DNA of 64,000 nucleotides from a virus. Positions 1 to 8,479 of the stretch are shown here, in pieces. Location of the stretch: the IMG/VR virus record IMGVR_UViG_3300023174_005548, positions 1 to 64,000 of that record. One strand, given 5' to 3'. Under the pieces are notes generated by a model. It did no database searches. It was given only the letters and a program-made list of their open reading frames with translations, and had not been told where the DNA came from. Position 1 is the stretch's first letter; each line of letters begins with the position of its first letter. The position numbers and the translations under genes are program-made.

Positions 1-2
1 TT

Positions 3-632
3 TCTGGTACAGCTGGAACAACTATTGTAAACGCTGGAACTGCTACAGTAAATTTAGGTGGTACTATTGGAAGTACTACAATTAATGGAAGTTTACTTTC
101 AATAAATGGAACTGCAGGAGATGTTATAGTAAATACAGGAGGTACATTAGGTGGCTCTGGTAGCGTACAAGGCTTGACTTTAAATGGTGGTATTGTGGCT
201 CCGGGCAATAGTCCGGGTCTGCTTACCGCTTATGATTTAAATGGAAGTAATGGAACATTTGCATTTCAAATAGGCGCGCCCACTACAAGAGGAGTTACCT
301 ATGATGCCATCAATGTTACTAATTTATTAACTCTTGGAGCAAGTACAAACTTTACATTTGAAGTATTAGATACTTATAATTTCTCTAGTGGAGATTCATA
401 TGATCTATTTAACTTTGGAAGTATTGATGCTACAAATTTTGATATAACAAAACTAGATGTTGCATTACCAACTTTAAATTCAAGTGATCTAAGTTGGAAT
501 ACTAGTTCATTTACAACAGATGGAATAGTTAGCGTTGTTGCTAATGTTCCAGAACCATCTGCGATACAATTATTTGGAATTGGTTTGATTTCTTTACTTG
601 CTTGTCGTAGAATATCTAAAAGAAATGGATAA
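3..632 (+). CDS. PEP-CTERM sorting-domain surface protein with autotransporter-associated beta-strand-like repeats (5' partial)
   Basis: Frame is open from nt 3 (SGTAGTTIVNAGTATVNLGG...GGTLGGSGSV...GGIVAPGNSPG). C-terminus is VPEPS, then a hydrophobic helix, then RRISKR, a canonical PEP-CTERM signal. Confidence 0.88.
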   Translation, partial: SGTAGTTIVNAGTATVNLGGTIGSTTINGSLLSINGTAGDVIVNTGGTLGGSGSVQGLTLNGGIVAPGNSPGLLTAYDLNGSNGTFAFQIGAPTTRGVTYDAINVTNLLTLGASTNFTFEVLDTYNFSSGDSYDLFNFGSIDATNFDITKLDVALPTLNSSDLSWNTSSFTTDGIVSVVANVPEPSAIQLFGIGLISLLACRRISKRNG

Positions 633-870
633 TCAATTGAAAAATTTATTGTTGCATAGTTATGAAAAAAGTCTTCCATCTAAAAAAGATACCGAAGATT
701 TTATAAATAATTTTCAACAATATAGAATACAAAAGGCAACTCAAAGGAAAACTCATTATTCTATAGCTCTTATAGTTTTATTAATTATAACAGCTTTAGG
801 TTCAATAGCCTTAAAAGAAACAACAAATAAATTAGATATACAAACTGCATCTGGTCAAATTGAAAAATGA
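625..870 (+). CDS. Small single-pass membrane protein (anti-sigma-like topology)
   Basis: ATG at 625 overlaps the upstream stop. Soluble N-terminus followed by TM segment IALIVLLIITALGSIAL. Confidence 0.6.
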   Translation: MDNQLKNLLLHSYEKSLPSKKDTEDFINNFQQYRIQKATQRKTHYSIALIVLLIITALGSIALKETTNKLDIQTASGQIEK

Positions 871-1181
871 AATCATTTATAAGATCAGAGTTATTGTTTT
901 ATTTTATGTTATTTCCAATCGGTGCCGTTTGTGCGTTTTTCTATACAAAAAATGTTGGACCTATAAAACAACATAATCTTGGTCTTGATTTTGAATATGT
1001 TCCAGTTGATGAAGGATCATCTTTTGTATGTAGAGCAGAACCAATAGGTGAGAATAGTCAACCTTGGATATTGAGTTTACAAGAAAAACCAAAACCAGTT
1101 ATAGATACAAATCAATACTATGTTATGGTTGGATACATGATGAAACAAATAAGATTAAGGACAAATTTATGCAAAAATTAA
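867..1181 (+). CDS. Hypothetical membrane protein
   Basis: ATGA overlap with upstream gene; N-terminal TM segment LLFYFMLFPIGAVCAFFY. Confidence 0.6.
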   Translation: MKSFIRSELLFYFMLFPIGAVCAFFYTKNVGPIKQHNLGLDFEYVPVDEGSSFVCRAEPIGENSQPWILSLQEKPKPVIDTNQYYVMVGYMMKQIRLRTNLCKN

Positions 1182-1618
1182 TATATATACTATTAGCCAT
1201 AATTTTAATTCAAACTTCTTATGCCGAGGATAAAATCAAAATATCAATCAACAAAGATAAAAATGGCAAGATAACCTTAACTAGCTCTGGACATTCAGTT
1301 CCAATATCTTTTGATATCATGGGCAAAAGTTATGATGTTCCAGCTGGTGGTGGATCAGTAGAAGTTGAATCAAAAGAATTAGATAATAAAAAAGAAGAAG
1401 CGCCAAAAGAAGAAAAGAAAGATGAAGTATCAGATTTAGCGAAAGAAGAAACTGCCGCTAATAACGATCAAGCTCAAAAGATGAAAGACTTTAATCAAAA
1501 CCAAGAACAACAACAGCAAAGTCAAAAAGTTCAACAAGCTATACAGCAACAGCAAAATGAAAAGAATGTTCCGCCAGTAAATTCAAATCCAAACCCTAAA
1601 GAAGCAACTCCTATTTAA
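1169..1618 (+). CDS. Secreted protein with signal peptide and Glu/Lys/Gln-rich tail
   Basis: ATG 1169 is preceded by AAGGA. MQKLIYILLAIILIQTSYA-ED is signal-peptide-like. Confidence 0.65.
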   Translation: MQKLIYILLAIILIQTSYAEDKIKISINKDKNGKITLTSSGHSVPISFDIMGKSYDVPAGGGSVEVESKELDNKKEEAPKEEKKDEVSDLAKEETAANNDQAQKMKDFNQNQEQQQQSQKVQQAIQQQQNEKNVPPVNSNPNPKEATPI

Positions 1619-1622
1619 TATG

Positions 1623-1628
1623 GTGTAA
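1623..1628 (+). promoter_or_regulatory. GTGTAA motif (putative phage-specific promoter), 8 nt before ATG 1637
   Basis: Intergenic GTGTAA-N8-ATG, the same spacing as at 1903, 3516 and 3502(-). Confidence 0.6.
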
Positions 1629-1636
1629 GCCCATAT

Positions 1637-1903
1637 ATGGCAATTAAAATTAAGAACTGGTGGAAAGATTTAAAATCTTATGATAGGTTGTTTTTTATAT
1701 CATTTGTGCCAGCGATGCTTTTTACGGTTTGGGGGCTAAGTGACCTTTATATTAATTACTTTGATTTATTAAGTAAAGAAGATCACCTTCAGTTTTTTCT
1801 TAGGATATTTTTTCCAATATCATTAGCTACTTTCATTACAGTACTAGAACGCAATAAGAGGCAAAAGTTAATTAAAGATATCAAAAATTATTTAAAAGAG
1901 TAG
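1637..1903 (+). CDS. Small two-TM membrane protein
   Basis: Two hydrophobic segments and a basic C-terminus. Confidence 0.65.
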   Translation: MAIKIKNWWKDLKSYDRLFFISFVPAMLFTVWGLSDLYINYFDLLSKEDHLQFFLRIFFPISLATFITVLERNKRQKLIKDIKNYLKE

Positions 1904-1908
1904 TGTAA
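1903..1908 (+). promoter_or_regulatory. GTGTAA motif, 8 nt before ATG 1917
   Basis: tagtgtaatataatttATG; the motif overlaps the TAG stop of the upstream gene. Confidence 0.6.
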
Positions 1909-1916
1909 TATAATTT

Positions 1917-3410
1917 ATGGCTTTTAGTATTAAAAAACAAGCAAACTTAAATCTTAAAAAAAATACAACCTTCAAAATTCCAAGAACACCTTTTCTTCCA
2001 TCAAGTTTAGGTGGATTATTTCTTTGGTTAAAAGCAGATGGTGGAGTAAATATAACAGAACAATCGACTCTAATGTCTAATCTTCTTGCATATTGGAAAT
2101 GTGATAATGATGGTGGATTATCTGATATACCAGCAGATCTTGGAAATTATACATTTAATGCTAGTGAGTATGGATATGCAAGCTCATCTGGAATAATTAA
2201 TAATAGTTTTTATTTTGAAGAGGGCTCAAAAGGATTATTTACAAATGAGCAAATATTAAATCAAACAACAAATCCTCAAAATTTTAGCTGTTCTTTTTGG
2301 ATTAAAATTCCAGATGGTAATACTCCATTTGTAATACTAGGTAGTGCTTTTGGTAGTCTTGGATTTTATTTTGAAAATATTGCTCCAGATGATCCATATG
2401 AAAGATTGGCGGGAATTATGTTTGCTATTGCAACAGGAAATGAAAATGATGGTAATAGTTTTCAAACTATACAACAGAACTCTACTTTAAATTCTGACAC
2501 TTGGTATCATGTAGCTGGAACTTATGATTTAGGTAATCAAACAATGAAACTTTATATTAATGGTTCTTTAGTTGGAACTTTAACTGGAGTAATTAGCTCT
2601 GGTAATGAACACCCAGATTGGCACGGATTCGCTTTAAATGGATCTGTTCTTTCTTATGGCAAAGAATATGGTGGAACTCAATCTCTGGATGAAGTTGGTA
2701 TTTGGAATAAAACTTTAACCGCAACGGAAGTAGGATTATTATATAATGCTGGAGCTGGAAGAACTTATCCATTCGGTGATAAAGTAACATCTTGGGCAGA
2801 TCAGAGTGGAAATAATAACAATATGATTGCAGATTCTGGATCTGAACCCACATTTATTAGCAGTGAATTAAATGGCAAACCAGTAATAGATTTTGCAGGA
2901 AGCAGATATTTAACGGCATCATTTTCCTCAACCAATTTTACACAGCAAACTGTATTTATTGTTTTTAAGTTTGTATCAGCAAATTTGACTACTTATGCAA
3001 GACCATTTTCACAAAGTAATATAGACTACAATGATTACCAAACTCCAAGAAACCTTTTGCCACTTCTGCGGAAAGATGGGACAGATGATATGTGGTGTTA
3101 TAGTCCCCAAGATGATACATTTCTAGCTAGTCTTCCAACATCTAACAATACTTGGTATATTTCAACAACAAAAACAAATGGAAGTAATGGTTCTTTTTTG
3201 CTTAACGGAAGTAATGAGCAATCGTTTTCAGCAGAATTCAATGCAGATATTACAAATATGAGAGTTGGTGGAGCTATATTTGAAGGTGGATCTTTCAACG
3301 ACCCATTCAATTCTAAAATAGCCGAAGTAATTGTTTACAATAGAGATTTAACAACTCAAGAACGCCAGCAAGTTGAAACTTATTTAAACCAAAAATATCA
3401 AATTTATTAA
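1917..3410 (+). CDS. LamG/concanavalin A-like domain protein (two LamG-like domains, one nested in the other); probable virion or adhesin protein
   Basis: Motifs LFLWLKAD...VTSWADQSGN...IAEVIVYNRDLT..ERQQVETYL..KY and LLAYWKCD...WYHVAGTYD...KLYINGSL...DEVGIWNKTLTATEV..LYN. Confidence 0.8.
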   Translation: MAFSIKKQANLNLKKNTTFKIPRTPFLPSSLGGLFLWLKADGGVNITEQSTLMSNLLAYWKCDNDGGLSDIPADLGNYTFNASEYGYASSSGIINNSFYFEEGSKGLFTNEQILNQTTNPQNFSCSFWIKIPDGNTPFVILGSAFGSLGFYFENIAPDDPYERLAGIMFAIATGNENDGNSFQTIQQNSTLNSDTWYHVAGTYDLGNQTMKLYINGSLVGTLTGVISSGNEHPDWHGFALNGSVLSYGKEYGGTQSLDEVGIWNKTLTATEVGLLYNAGAGRTYPFGDKVTSWADQSGNNNNMIADSGSEPTFISSELNGKPVIDFAGSRYLTASFSSTNFTQQTVFIVFKFVSANLTTYARPFSQSNIDYNDYQTPRNLLPLLRKDGTDDMWCYSPQDDTFLASLPTSNNTWYISTTKTNGSNGSFLLNGSNEQSFSAEFNADITNMRVGGAIFEGGSFNDPFNSKIAEVIVYNRDLTTQERQQVETYLNQKYQIY

Positions 3411-3413
3411 TTT

Positions 3414-3488
3414 TTACTTAACTCTCTCTACTAAATAATATATATATACCAATACAGCAAAACAAACTAAAGTAGTAGATAAGGTCAT
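3414..3488 (-). CDS. 24-aa hydrophobic microprotein (MTLSTTLVCFAVLVYIYYLVERVK), not in the ORF track
   Basis: Fills the 3411-3496 intergenic gap and is preceded by GTGTAA-N8-ATG on the minus strand. One TM helix with a basic end. Confidence 0.55.
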   Translation of the reverse strand: MTLSTTLVCFAVLVYIYYLVERVK

Positions 3489-3496
3489 ATTCTTTC

Positions 3497-3502
3497 TTAC
3501 AC
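3497..3502 (-). promoter_or_regulatory. GTGTAA motif, 8 nt before the microprotein ATG (3488)
   Basis: ttacac on +; reverse complement gtgtaa-gaaagaat-ATG. Confidence 0.55.
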
Positions 3503-3515
3503 TAGATTAAAATAT

Positions 3516-3521
3516 GTGTAA
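3516..3521 (+). promoter_or_regulatory. GTGTAA motif, 8 nt before ATG 3530
   Basis: aaatatgtgtaa-tggtatat-ATG; back-to-back with the minus-strand copy at 3497-3502. Confidence 0.6.
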
Positions 3522-3529
3522 TGGTATAT

Positions 3530-4282
3530 ATGCCTATACCTTCAAAAAAAGACAACGAAAAACAAGCAGATTATATGGGTCGTTGCATGCATTTTTTAAA
3601 TAAAGAAGGTGAACCTAAAAGACCTCAAGATCAAAAAGTAGCAATCTGCTTGAATACCTTTCAGAATCCTAAAAAGAAAAGCAAAGCAAACGAAATAGAA
3701 ATAGATTTTACAGAAGATATTAAAAATATGAACAAACCGCAAGAAACTCCAAAGGTTGAGACTAAAGTTGAAGCACCAACAAATACAGCAGTAACTGCTC
3801 CAGCACCAGAAGTAAAAGTAGAAGAAAATTCAGCTTCTTGTGGTAAGCCAAATTGTGGTTCAGTACAACAAGTAGAAGAAGTTAAAACTGAAACTAAAGC
3901 AGAAACAGATGGCAAAGGCGAACTTATTCAAACAACAATGCTACAAATGCAAAAGCAATATCAAATATTTCATTGGCAAACAACTTCATTTTCACAACAT
4001 AAAAGTTTTGGAAAGATTTATGAACTTTTAGATCAAAGCATAGATACTTTTATTGAAACATACATGGGTAAATATGGCAGAGTAATCGCCGCTTCTAAAT
4101 TTAATCTTGAAATGTCAAATTATTCTGATTTGAATTTTAGTACCGCAACAGATTCATATATTGAATTTTTGATTGGATTAAATGATATGCTTGATGAAAC
4201 TCGAGATTCAGATTTATTAAATACACGAGATGAGATACTTGGCAGTTTAAATAGATTAAAATATCTTTTGACATTGGTTTAA
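3530..4282 (+). CDS. Fusion protein: N-terminal MPIP...RCM...AIC phage domain, low-complexity linker and C-terminal ferritin/Dps-like (DUF5856-like) domain
   Basis: C-terminus FHWQTTSFSQHKSFGKIYELLDQSIDTFIETYMGKYG...DLLNTRDEILGSLNRLKYLLTL has a Dps-like HW...H...D..E pattern. Start moved to ATG 3530 on motif spacing. Confidence 0.7.
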   Translation: MPIPSKKDNEKQADYMGRCMHFLNKEGEPKRPQDQKVAICLNTFQNPKKKSKANEIEIDFTEDIKNMNKPQETPKVETKVEAPTNTAVTAPAPEVKVEENSASCGKPNCGSVQQVEEVKTETKAETDGKGELIQTTMLQMQKQYQIFHWQTTSFSQHKSFGKIYELLDQSIDTFIETYMGKYGRVIAASKFNLEMSNYSDLNFSTATDSYIEFLIGLNDMLDETRDSDLLNTRDEILGSLNRLKYLLTLV

Positions 4283-4293
4283 ATACTTCCTGA

Positions 4294-4322
4294 TTGACTT
4301 TTTTATAAAATTCCCCTATAAT
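4294..4322 (+). promoter_or_regulatory. sigma70-type promoter (leaderless)
   Basis: TTGACT-N17-TATAAT, 6 nt before GTG 4329. Confidence 0.8.
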
Positions 4323-4328
4323 ACTTAG

Positions 4329-5240
4329 GTGGATTCTAACTTAATAAATATAGGTGGACATGGTCTAGGAGACTGTATCCTATCATTGCAAATATCTTAT
4401 CTATTAAAGCAAAAGTGCATACCTCATATTAATCTTGTCTCTACGAGGCAAAGCGTTTTTGAGCCATTATATAGTATTTTTCATAGTGAATTTGATCTTT
4501 ATAAAATAGATGAAAGATATTCTCATGAAAACGCCATAATTTCTGACGAATCGTTAATAAAAGAAATACAAGATTATTATGAGTCAAATAATATTACATA
4601 TAATGTTCCAGATCTGCTTTATAGGAATCCATTAGCACTAGACTATAAGAAGTATGATTTAAACATCTCTTTAATTAAAAAAACAAGATCTCTAGTAAAA
4701 CATTTTCCCAATAAACAAAAGATGATCTATTGCGGGTTATGCAGTACCACAGAAGGTTATGTTTATTATAATATACCTATCCTATTAAAACAATTAGCCG
4801 AATTTTTGCCAGACTATACGATATATTTTCCTTTAATTAAAGCTTGGGATAAACCTATTGATAATCTTGGTAATTTCAATGTTAATTTTCCATCAAATGT
4901 ATTAATTGATAATAACCCTAGTTTTTGTGATTCTTTGGAATATCTAAAGAAAAGTTGTTATGGTATATTTACTTGTAATGGACCAAGTCATATTGCCTAT
5001 CAAATGGGTATTCCAAGATTAGTTCTTGATCCTCAATTCAATAGAATTCCTTGGATGAGCAGATGGAAAGAAGACTATGAAGAGTGCATTGATATCAATA
5101 CTCAATATATAGATATAGTTAATCTTGTTACAGCAAATATAAAGAATCCAGAAACAACATTAATTGACAGAAAAAAGCTTTTAGAATTAATAAAAAATGG
5201 TTATAATACTTGGAAAGATATATTTTTATTTAAATATTGA
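4329..5240 (+). CDS. GT9-like (heptosyltransferase-like) glycosyltransferase
   Basis: N-terminal GHGLGDCILS and C-terminal CNGPSHIAYQMGIP, the GT9 DSG..H.A...G.P-type motif. Confidence 0.65.
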   Translation: MDSNLINIGGHGLGDCILSLQISYLLKQKCIPHINLVSTRQSVFEPLYSIFHSEFDLYKIDERYSHENAIISDESLIKEIQDYYESNNITYNVPDLLYRNPLALDYKKYDLNISLIKKTRSLVKHFPNKQKMIYCGLCSTTEGYVYYNIPILLKQLAEFLPDYTIYFPLIKAWDKPIDNLGNFNVNFPSNVLIDNNPSFCDSLEYLKKSCYGIFTCNGPSHIAYQMGIPRLVLDPQFNRIPWMSRWKEDYEECIDINTQYIDIVNLVTANIKNPETTLIDRKKLLELIKNGYNTWKDIFLFKY

Positions 5241-5241
5241 C

Positions 5242-5868
5242 ATGATAAAAGAATACTTAATAGATTTTGAGCAAGAAATAGCTGATTTATTTAATTCTGC
5301 AAAAATTAAATCTCCAGTTCATCTTTATCATGGAAATGAAGATTTTATGATGGAAATCTTTAAAAAAATTGATATTGAAAATGATTGGGTATGTTGCGCT
5401 TGGAGAAATCATTATCAAGGTCTTCTTAAGGGAATACCTAGAGAAATTTTAAAACAAAATATTATGGAAGGTAAATCTATGGTCGCTAATTTACCAGAAT
5501 ATAAATTTATTTGTAGTTCAATAGTAGGAGGAATTCCGCCTATCGCAGCTGGAATCGCAATGTCAATTAAGCTGAAAAATAAAACAAATAAAGTTTGGTG
5601 TTGGGTTGGAGATATGTCTGCTGAAACTGGCTCTTTCCATGAAGCTTATAAATATAGTTTAAATCACGATCTTCCTATTACATTTATAATTGAAGATAAT
5701 AAAAAATCCGTATGTTCCCCAACTGAAAAAATTTGGGGCAGAGAAAAACCATATTATCTTAAAAGTGATTATAATGGGACATTGTTATTCCAAAAAAAAT
5801 TAATATACTATCAATACGATAATAAAAAATATCCACATGCTGGAGCAGGAAAAAGAGTACAATTTTAA
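5242..5868 (+). CDS. TPP-dependent dehydrogenase E1 alpha-like subunit
   Basis: HLYHGNE, WRNHY, SIVGG and TPP motif GDMSAETGSFHEA...IEDN. ATG 5242 is preferred as start. Confidence 0.85.
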   Translation: MIKEYLIDFEQEIADLFNSAKIKSPVHLYHGNEDFMMEIFKKIDIENDWVCCAWRNHYQGLLKGIPREILKQNIMEGKSMVANLPEYKFICSSIVGGIPPIAAGIAMSIKLKNKTNKVWCWVGDMSAETGSFHEAYKYSLNHDLPITFIIEDNKKSVCSPTEKIWGREKPYYLKSDYNGTLLFQKKLIYYQYDNKKYPHAGAGKRVQF

Positions 5869-5872
5869 TTTT

Positions 5873-6409
5873 ATGAAATATTTTGATGAGCTTAAAAAAG
5901 CTATGAGCATGCTTGCCGAACATCCAGATACTCTTTTTTTAGGACAATCTATAGAATATGAGGGAACAGGATTATACGACTCATTATCTCATATACCATC
6001 TAATAAAAAAATAGAATTACCAGTAGCAGAATATCTTCAAGCAGGTTTAGCAAATGGAATGGCAATAGAAGGAATTATTCCTATATCAACTTATCCAAGA
6101 TGGAATTTTTTATTGATGGCAACCGATCAAATAGTTAATCATTCAGATAAAATTAAAGAAATGTCAAATAGCAAATCTCTTCCAAAATTAATAATTCGCG
6201 TTGCAGTTGGAGGAGAAAGACCAATAGATCCACAATGCCAACATAAAGGAAATTTCTCAGAAGCATTTAGATTAATGACAAATAATACAGAAATTATAGA
6301 ATTAAATGAGCCAGAAGATATTCTTCCAGCATATCAAAAAGCTTTAAATAGAAATGATGGAATTATCACAATTCTTGTAGAATTTTCTGATTTTTCAAGA
6401 GAAAAATAA
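5873..6409 (+). CDS. TPP-dependent E1 beta-like subunit (pyrimidine-binding domain only)
   Basis: LFLGQ, ELPVAEYLQAGLANGMA, FLLMATDQIVNH, QH. Lacks the C-terminal transketolase domain. Confidence 0.8.
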   Translation: MKYFDELKKAMSMLAEHPDTLFLGQSIEYEGTGLYDSLSHIPSNKKIELPVAEYLQAGLANGMAIEGIIPISTYPRWNFLLMATDQIVNHSDKIKEMSNSKSLPKLIIRVAVGGERPIDPQCQHKGNFSEAFRLMTNNTEIIELNEPEDILPAYQKALNRNDGIITILVEFSDFSREK

Positions 6410-6459
6410 TATTTTAAAATAAGTTAAAAATATTAATTTTTAAAAAATTAATTAAATTA

Positions 6460-7236
6460 ATGAAAATTTTAATTACTGGTGGTGATGGATATATAGCTAA
6501 ATCAATATATAGTGCATTCTATAAACTTTATAATATAACAAATATAACAGCAAAAGATTTTAATTTAGAAGATACCAAAACTGTAAATAAATGGTTTAGG
6601 GACAAGGCTTTTGATATAGTTATACATACGGCTATAAAAGGTGGATCTAGATTAAAAATTGAAGATCAATCAATTGCAGACTCTAATTTAAAAATGTTTA
6701 ATAATCTTCTAATTAATAAAGATAAATTTAAAAAATTTATATCTTTTGGTTCTGGAGCAGAAATTTACGCAGCACAAACATTTTATGGTAAAAGTAAAAA
6801 CATAATAAACAATATAATTCAAAAAGAATCTAATTTTTATAATATAAGAATTTTTGCAGTTTTTGATGAAAATGAATTAAATACAAGGTTTATAAAACAT
6901 AACATTTTACAATACATTAAAAAACAACCAATAAAAATTTATAACAATAAAATTATGGATTTTTTTTATATGAAAGATTTGTTATCATTAGTGGATTATT
7001 ATATAAATAATGATATCTTAGATAAAGAAGTTAATTGTTCTTATATAGAAAAATATACTCTTAAAGATATTGCAGATATGATAAACGTATTAGACTCGTA
7101 TAAAGTACCAATTATAATTGAATCAAATAACGAATTAAAAATTTATGCTGGACAAAGTAATCTAAAGATTAAAACAATTGGTTTAAAACAAGGATTAAAA
7201 AATACATATGATATATTAAATACGCAATTTAATTGA
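6460..7236 (+). CDS. NAD-dependent epimerase/reductase (extended SDR)
   Basis: ILITGGDGYIA, GSGAE and YGKSK motifs. Confidence 0.85.
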   Translation: MKILITGGDGYIAKSIYSAFYKLYNITNITAKDFNLEDTKTVNKWFRDKAFDIVIHTAIKGGSRLKIEDQSIADSNLKMFNNLLINKDKFKKFISFGSGAEIYAAQTFYGKSKNIINNIIQKESNFYNIRIFAVFDENELNTRFIKHNILQYIKKQPIKIYNNKIMDFFYMKDLLSLVDYYINNDILDKEVNCSYIEKYTLKDIADMINVLDSYKVPIIIESNNELKIYAGQSNLKIKTIGLKQGLKNTYDILNTQFN

Positions 7237-7261
7237 CGATATTTATTATTTAATATATAAT
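7233..7261 (+). promoter_or_regulatory. sigma70-type promoter (near-leaderless)
   Basis: TTGACG-N17-TATAAT, 8 nt before ATG 7270. The -35 box contains the upstream TGA stop. Confidence 0.78.
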
Positions 7262-7269
7262 TTATAAAT

Positions 7270-7941
7270 ATGAAAATTTTAGTAGTATCGACTTATGATA
7301 ATAGATGCCATAATGGTAATTCTTTTAAAGAACTACAAGATGTAGTAGGCCCAGTAATTAAAGAATATTGTGAAACACATGGATATGATTGTATTATCCA
7401 AGAGTGGCAGGATCCTTCTAAAGGCGCACCTTGGGGCAAAATAAAATATACAATTGATAATATTGCTAAATACGATTGGGTTTGGACAATGGATATAGAT
7501 ACAATGATAATGAATCATTCAATTAAAATAGAAGATATTATAAATAATGATTATTGCGTAATGCTAACAAGTAATGATGGCTCTATAGATAGAATTAATA
7601 CTGGTTCAATGTTTTATAAAAATGATCAAAAAACTATAAAATTTTTAAATGAGATTTATGATCAAAAAGAGTTTTATTGGAACGGATATTGGGAGCAAGA
7701 TGCAATTATTAAACTTTTAAAAGTTAATCCTGAATATCAACAAATCACTCAAATTTGCAACACAAGAAAATTTAATTCTCATTTTCATTTTTGGTTTGAA
7801 AAAGATAATTATAGATCTGGAGATTTATTAGTACATTTATGTGGTTCAGATAACGATTTCAGATATCAAGCTTTATCACAATTAAAAAACTATATCATTC
7901 GCCCTCATAAAGAAATTCCAGTCAAAATTTGGGGGCAATAA
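7270..7941 (+). CDS. GT34-like (GMA12/MNN10 family) glycosyltransferase
   Basis: WGKIK...YDWVWTMDIDTMIMN...INTGSMF...WEQDAI...LVHLCG. Confidence 0.75.
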   Translation: MKILVVSTYDNRCHNGNSFKELQDVVGPVIKEYCETHGYDCIIQEWQDPSKGAPWGKIKYTIDNIAKYDWVWTMDIDTMIMNHSIKIEDIINNDYCVMLTSNDGSIDRINTGSMFYKNDQKTIKFLNEIYDQKEFYWNGYWEQDAIIKLLKVNPEYQQITQICNTRKFNSHFHFWFEKDNYRSGDLLVHLCGSDNDFRYQALSQLKNYIIRPHKEIPVKIWGQ

Positions 7942-7943
7942 AT

Positions 7944-8468
7944 ATGAGTATACCTACAATGCGACCAGAACATTCAATTAAAGAAGTTCGTGATTTATAT
8001 CAATGGGCCAAAGGAAAAATAGATATGGATTTAGGCGTAGAAATTGGAACTTTTGCTGGAGAAAATGCAGTTATAATGAGCGAATTTTTTAAAAAAGTTT
8101 ACACAATTGACCCTTGGAAGAATGGTTATGATCAAAATGACTTAGCTTCTAGTATTGACTTTAATGAAGTCGAGAAAGTTTTCAAAAATAGAACTATCAA
8201 TATTAATAATATAACCCATATTAAGAAAACTGGGCAAGAAGCATTAAATAATTTTGAAAATGAGTCATTAGATTTTGTTTATATAGATGGCAATCATCAA
8301 GAAGATGCCGTAATAAAAGATATAAATTCATGGAAATTAAAAGTTAAGAAAAATGGAATTATCGCTGGACATGATTTGAGCTGGAGTTCAGTTCAAAATG
8401 CAATAGCATCTTGCTCGTTAGAGATAGTTTTTCAATCACATGAAAGCTGGGCGACTATAAATAGATAA
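7944..8468 (+). CDS. Class I SAM-dependent methyltransferase (Methyltransf_24-like)
   Basis: VEIGTFAG, IDPW, DFVYIDGNH, GIIAGHD. Confidence 0.85.
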   Translation: MSIPTMRPEHSIKEVRDLYQWAKGKIDMDLGVEIGTFAGENAVIMSEFFKKVYTIDPWKNGYDQNDLASSIDFNEVEKVFKNRTININNITHIKKTGQEALNNFENESLDFVYIDGNHQEDAVIKDINSWKLKVKKNGIIAGHDLSWSSVQNAIASCSLEIVFQSHESWATINR

Positions 8469-8479
8469 TAAGGAGAACT

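Noticed and set aside
1490-1560. CAA/CAG-rich tract
   Set aside because: It only encodes a Gln-rich low-complexity linker and is not a regular tandem repeat.
5237-5266. TTGACA-N18-TAGATT promoter-like sequence
   Set aside because: It overlaps the E1-alpha start codon and would fire inside the gene with no suitably placed start; probably chance or a relic.
5242-6409. Pyruvate dehydrogenase as an auxiliary metabolic gene
   Set aside because: Both subunits are truncated, no E2 or E3 is present, and the genes are embedded among sugar-nucleotide genes.
6410-6459. Almost pure A/T intergenic tract with a near-palindrome (possible origin or terminator)
   Set aside because: Short, expected in such an AT-rich genome, and without a GC stem or iterons.
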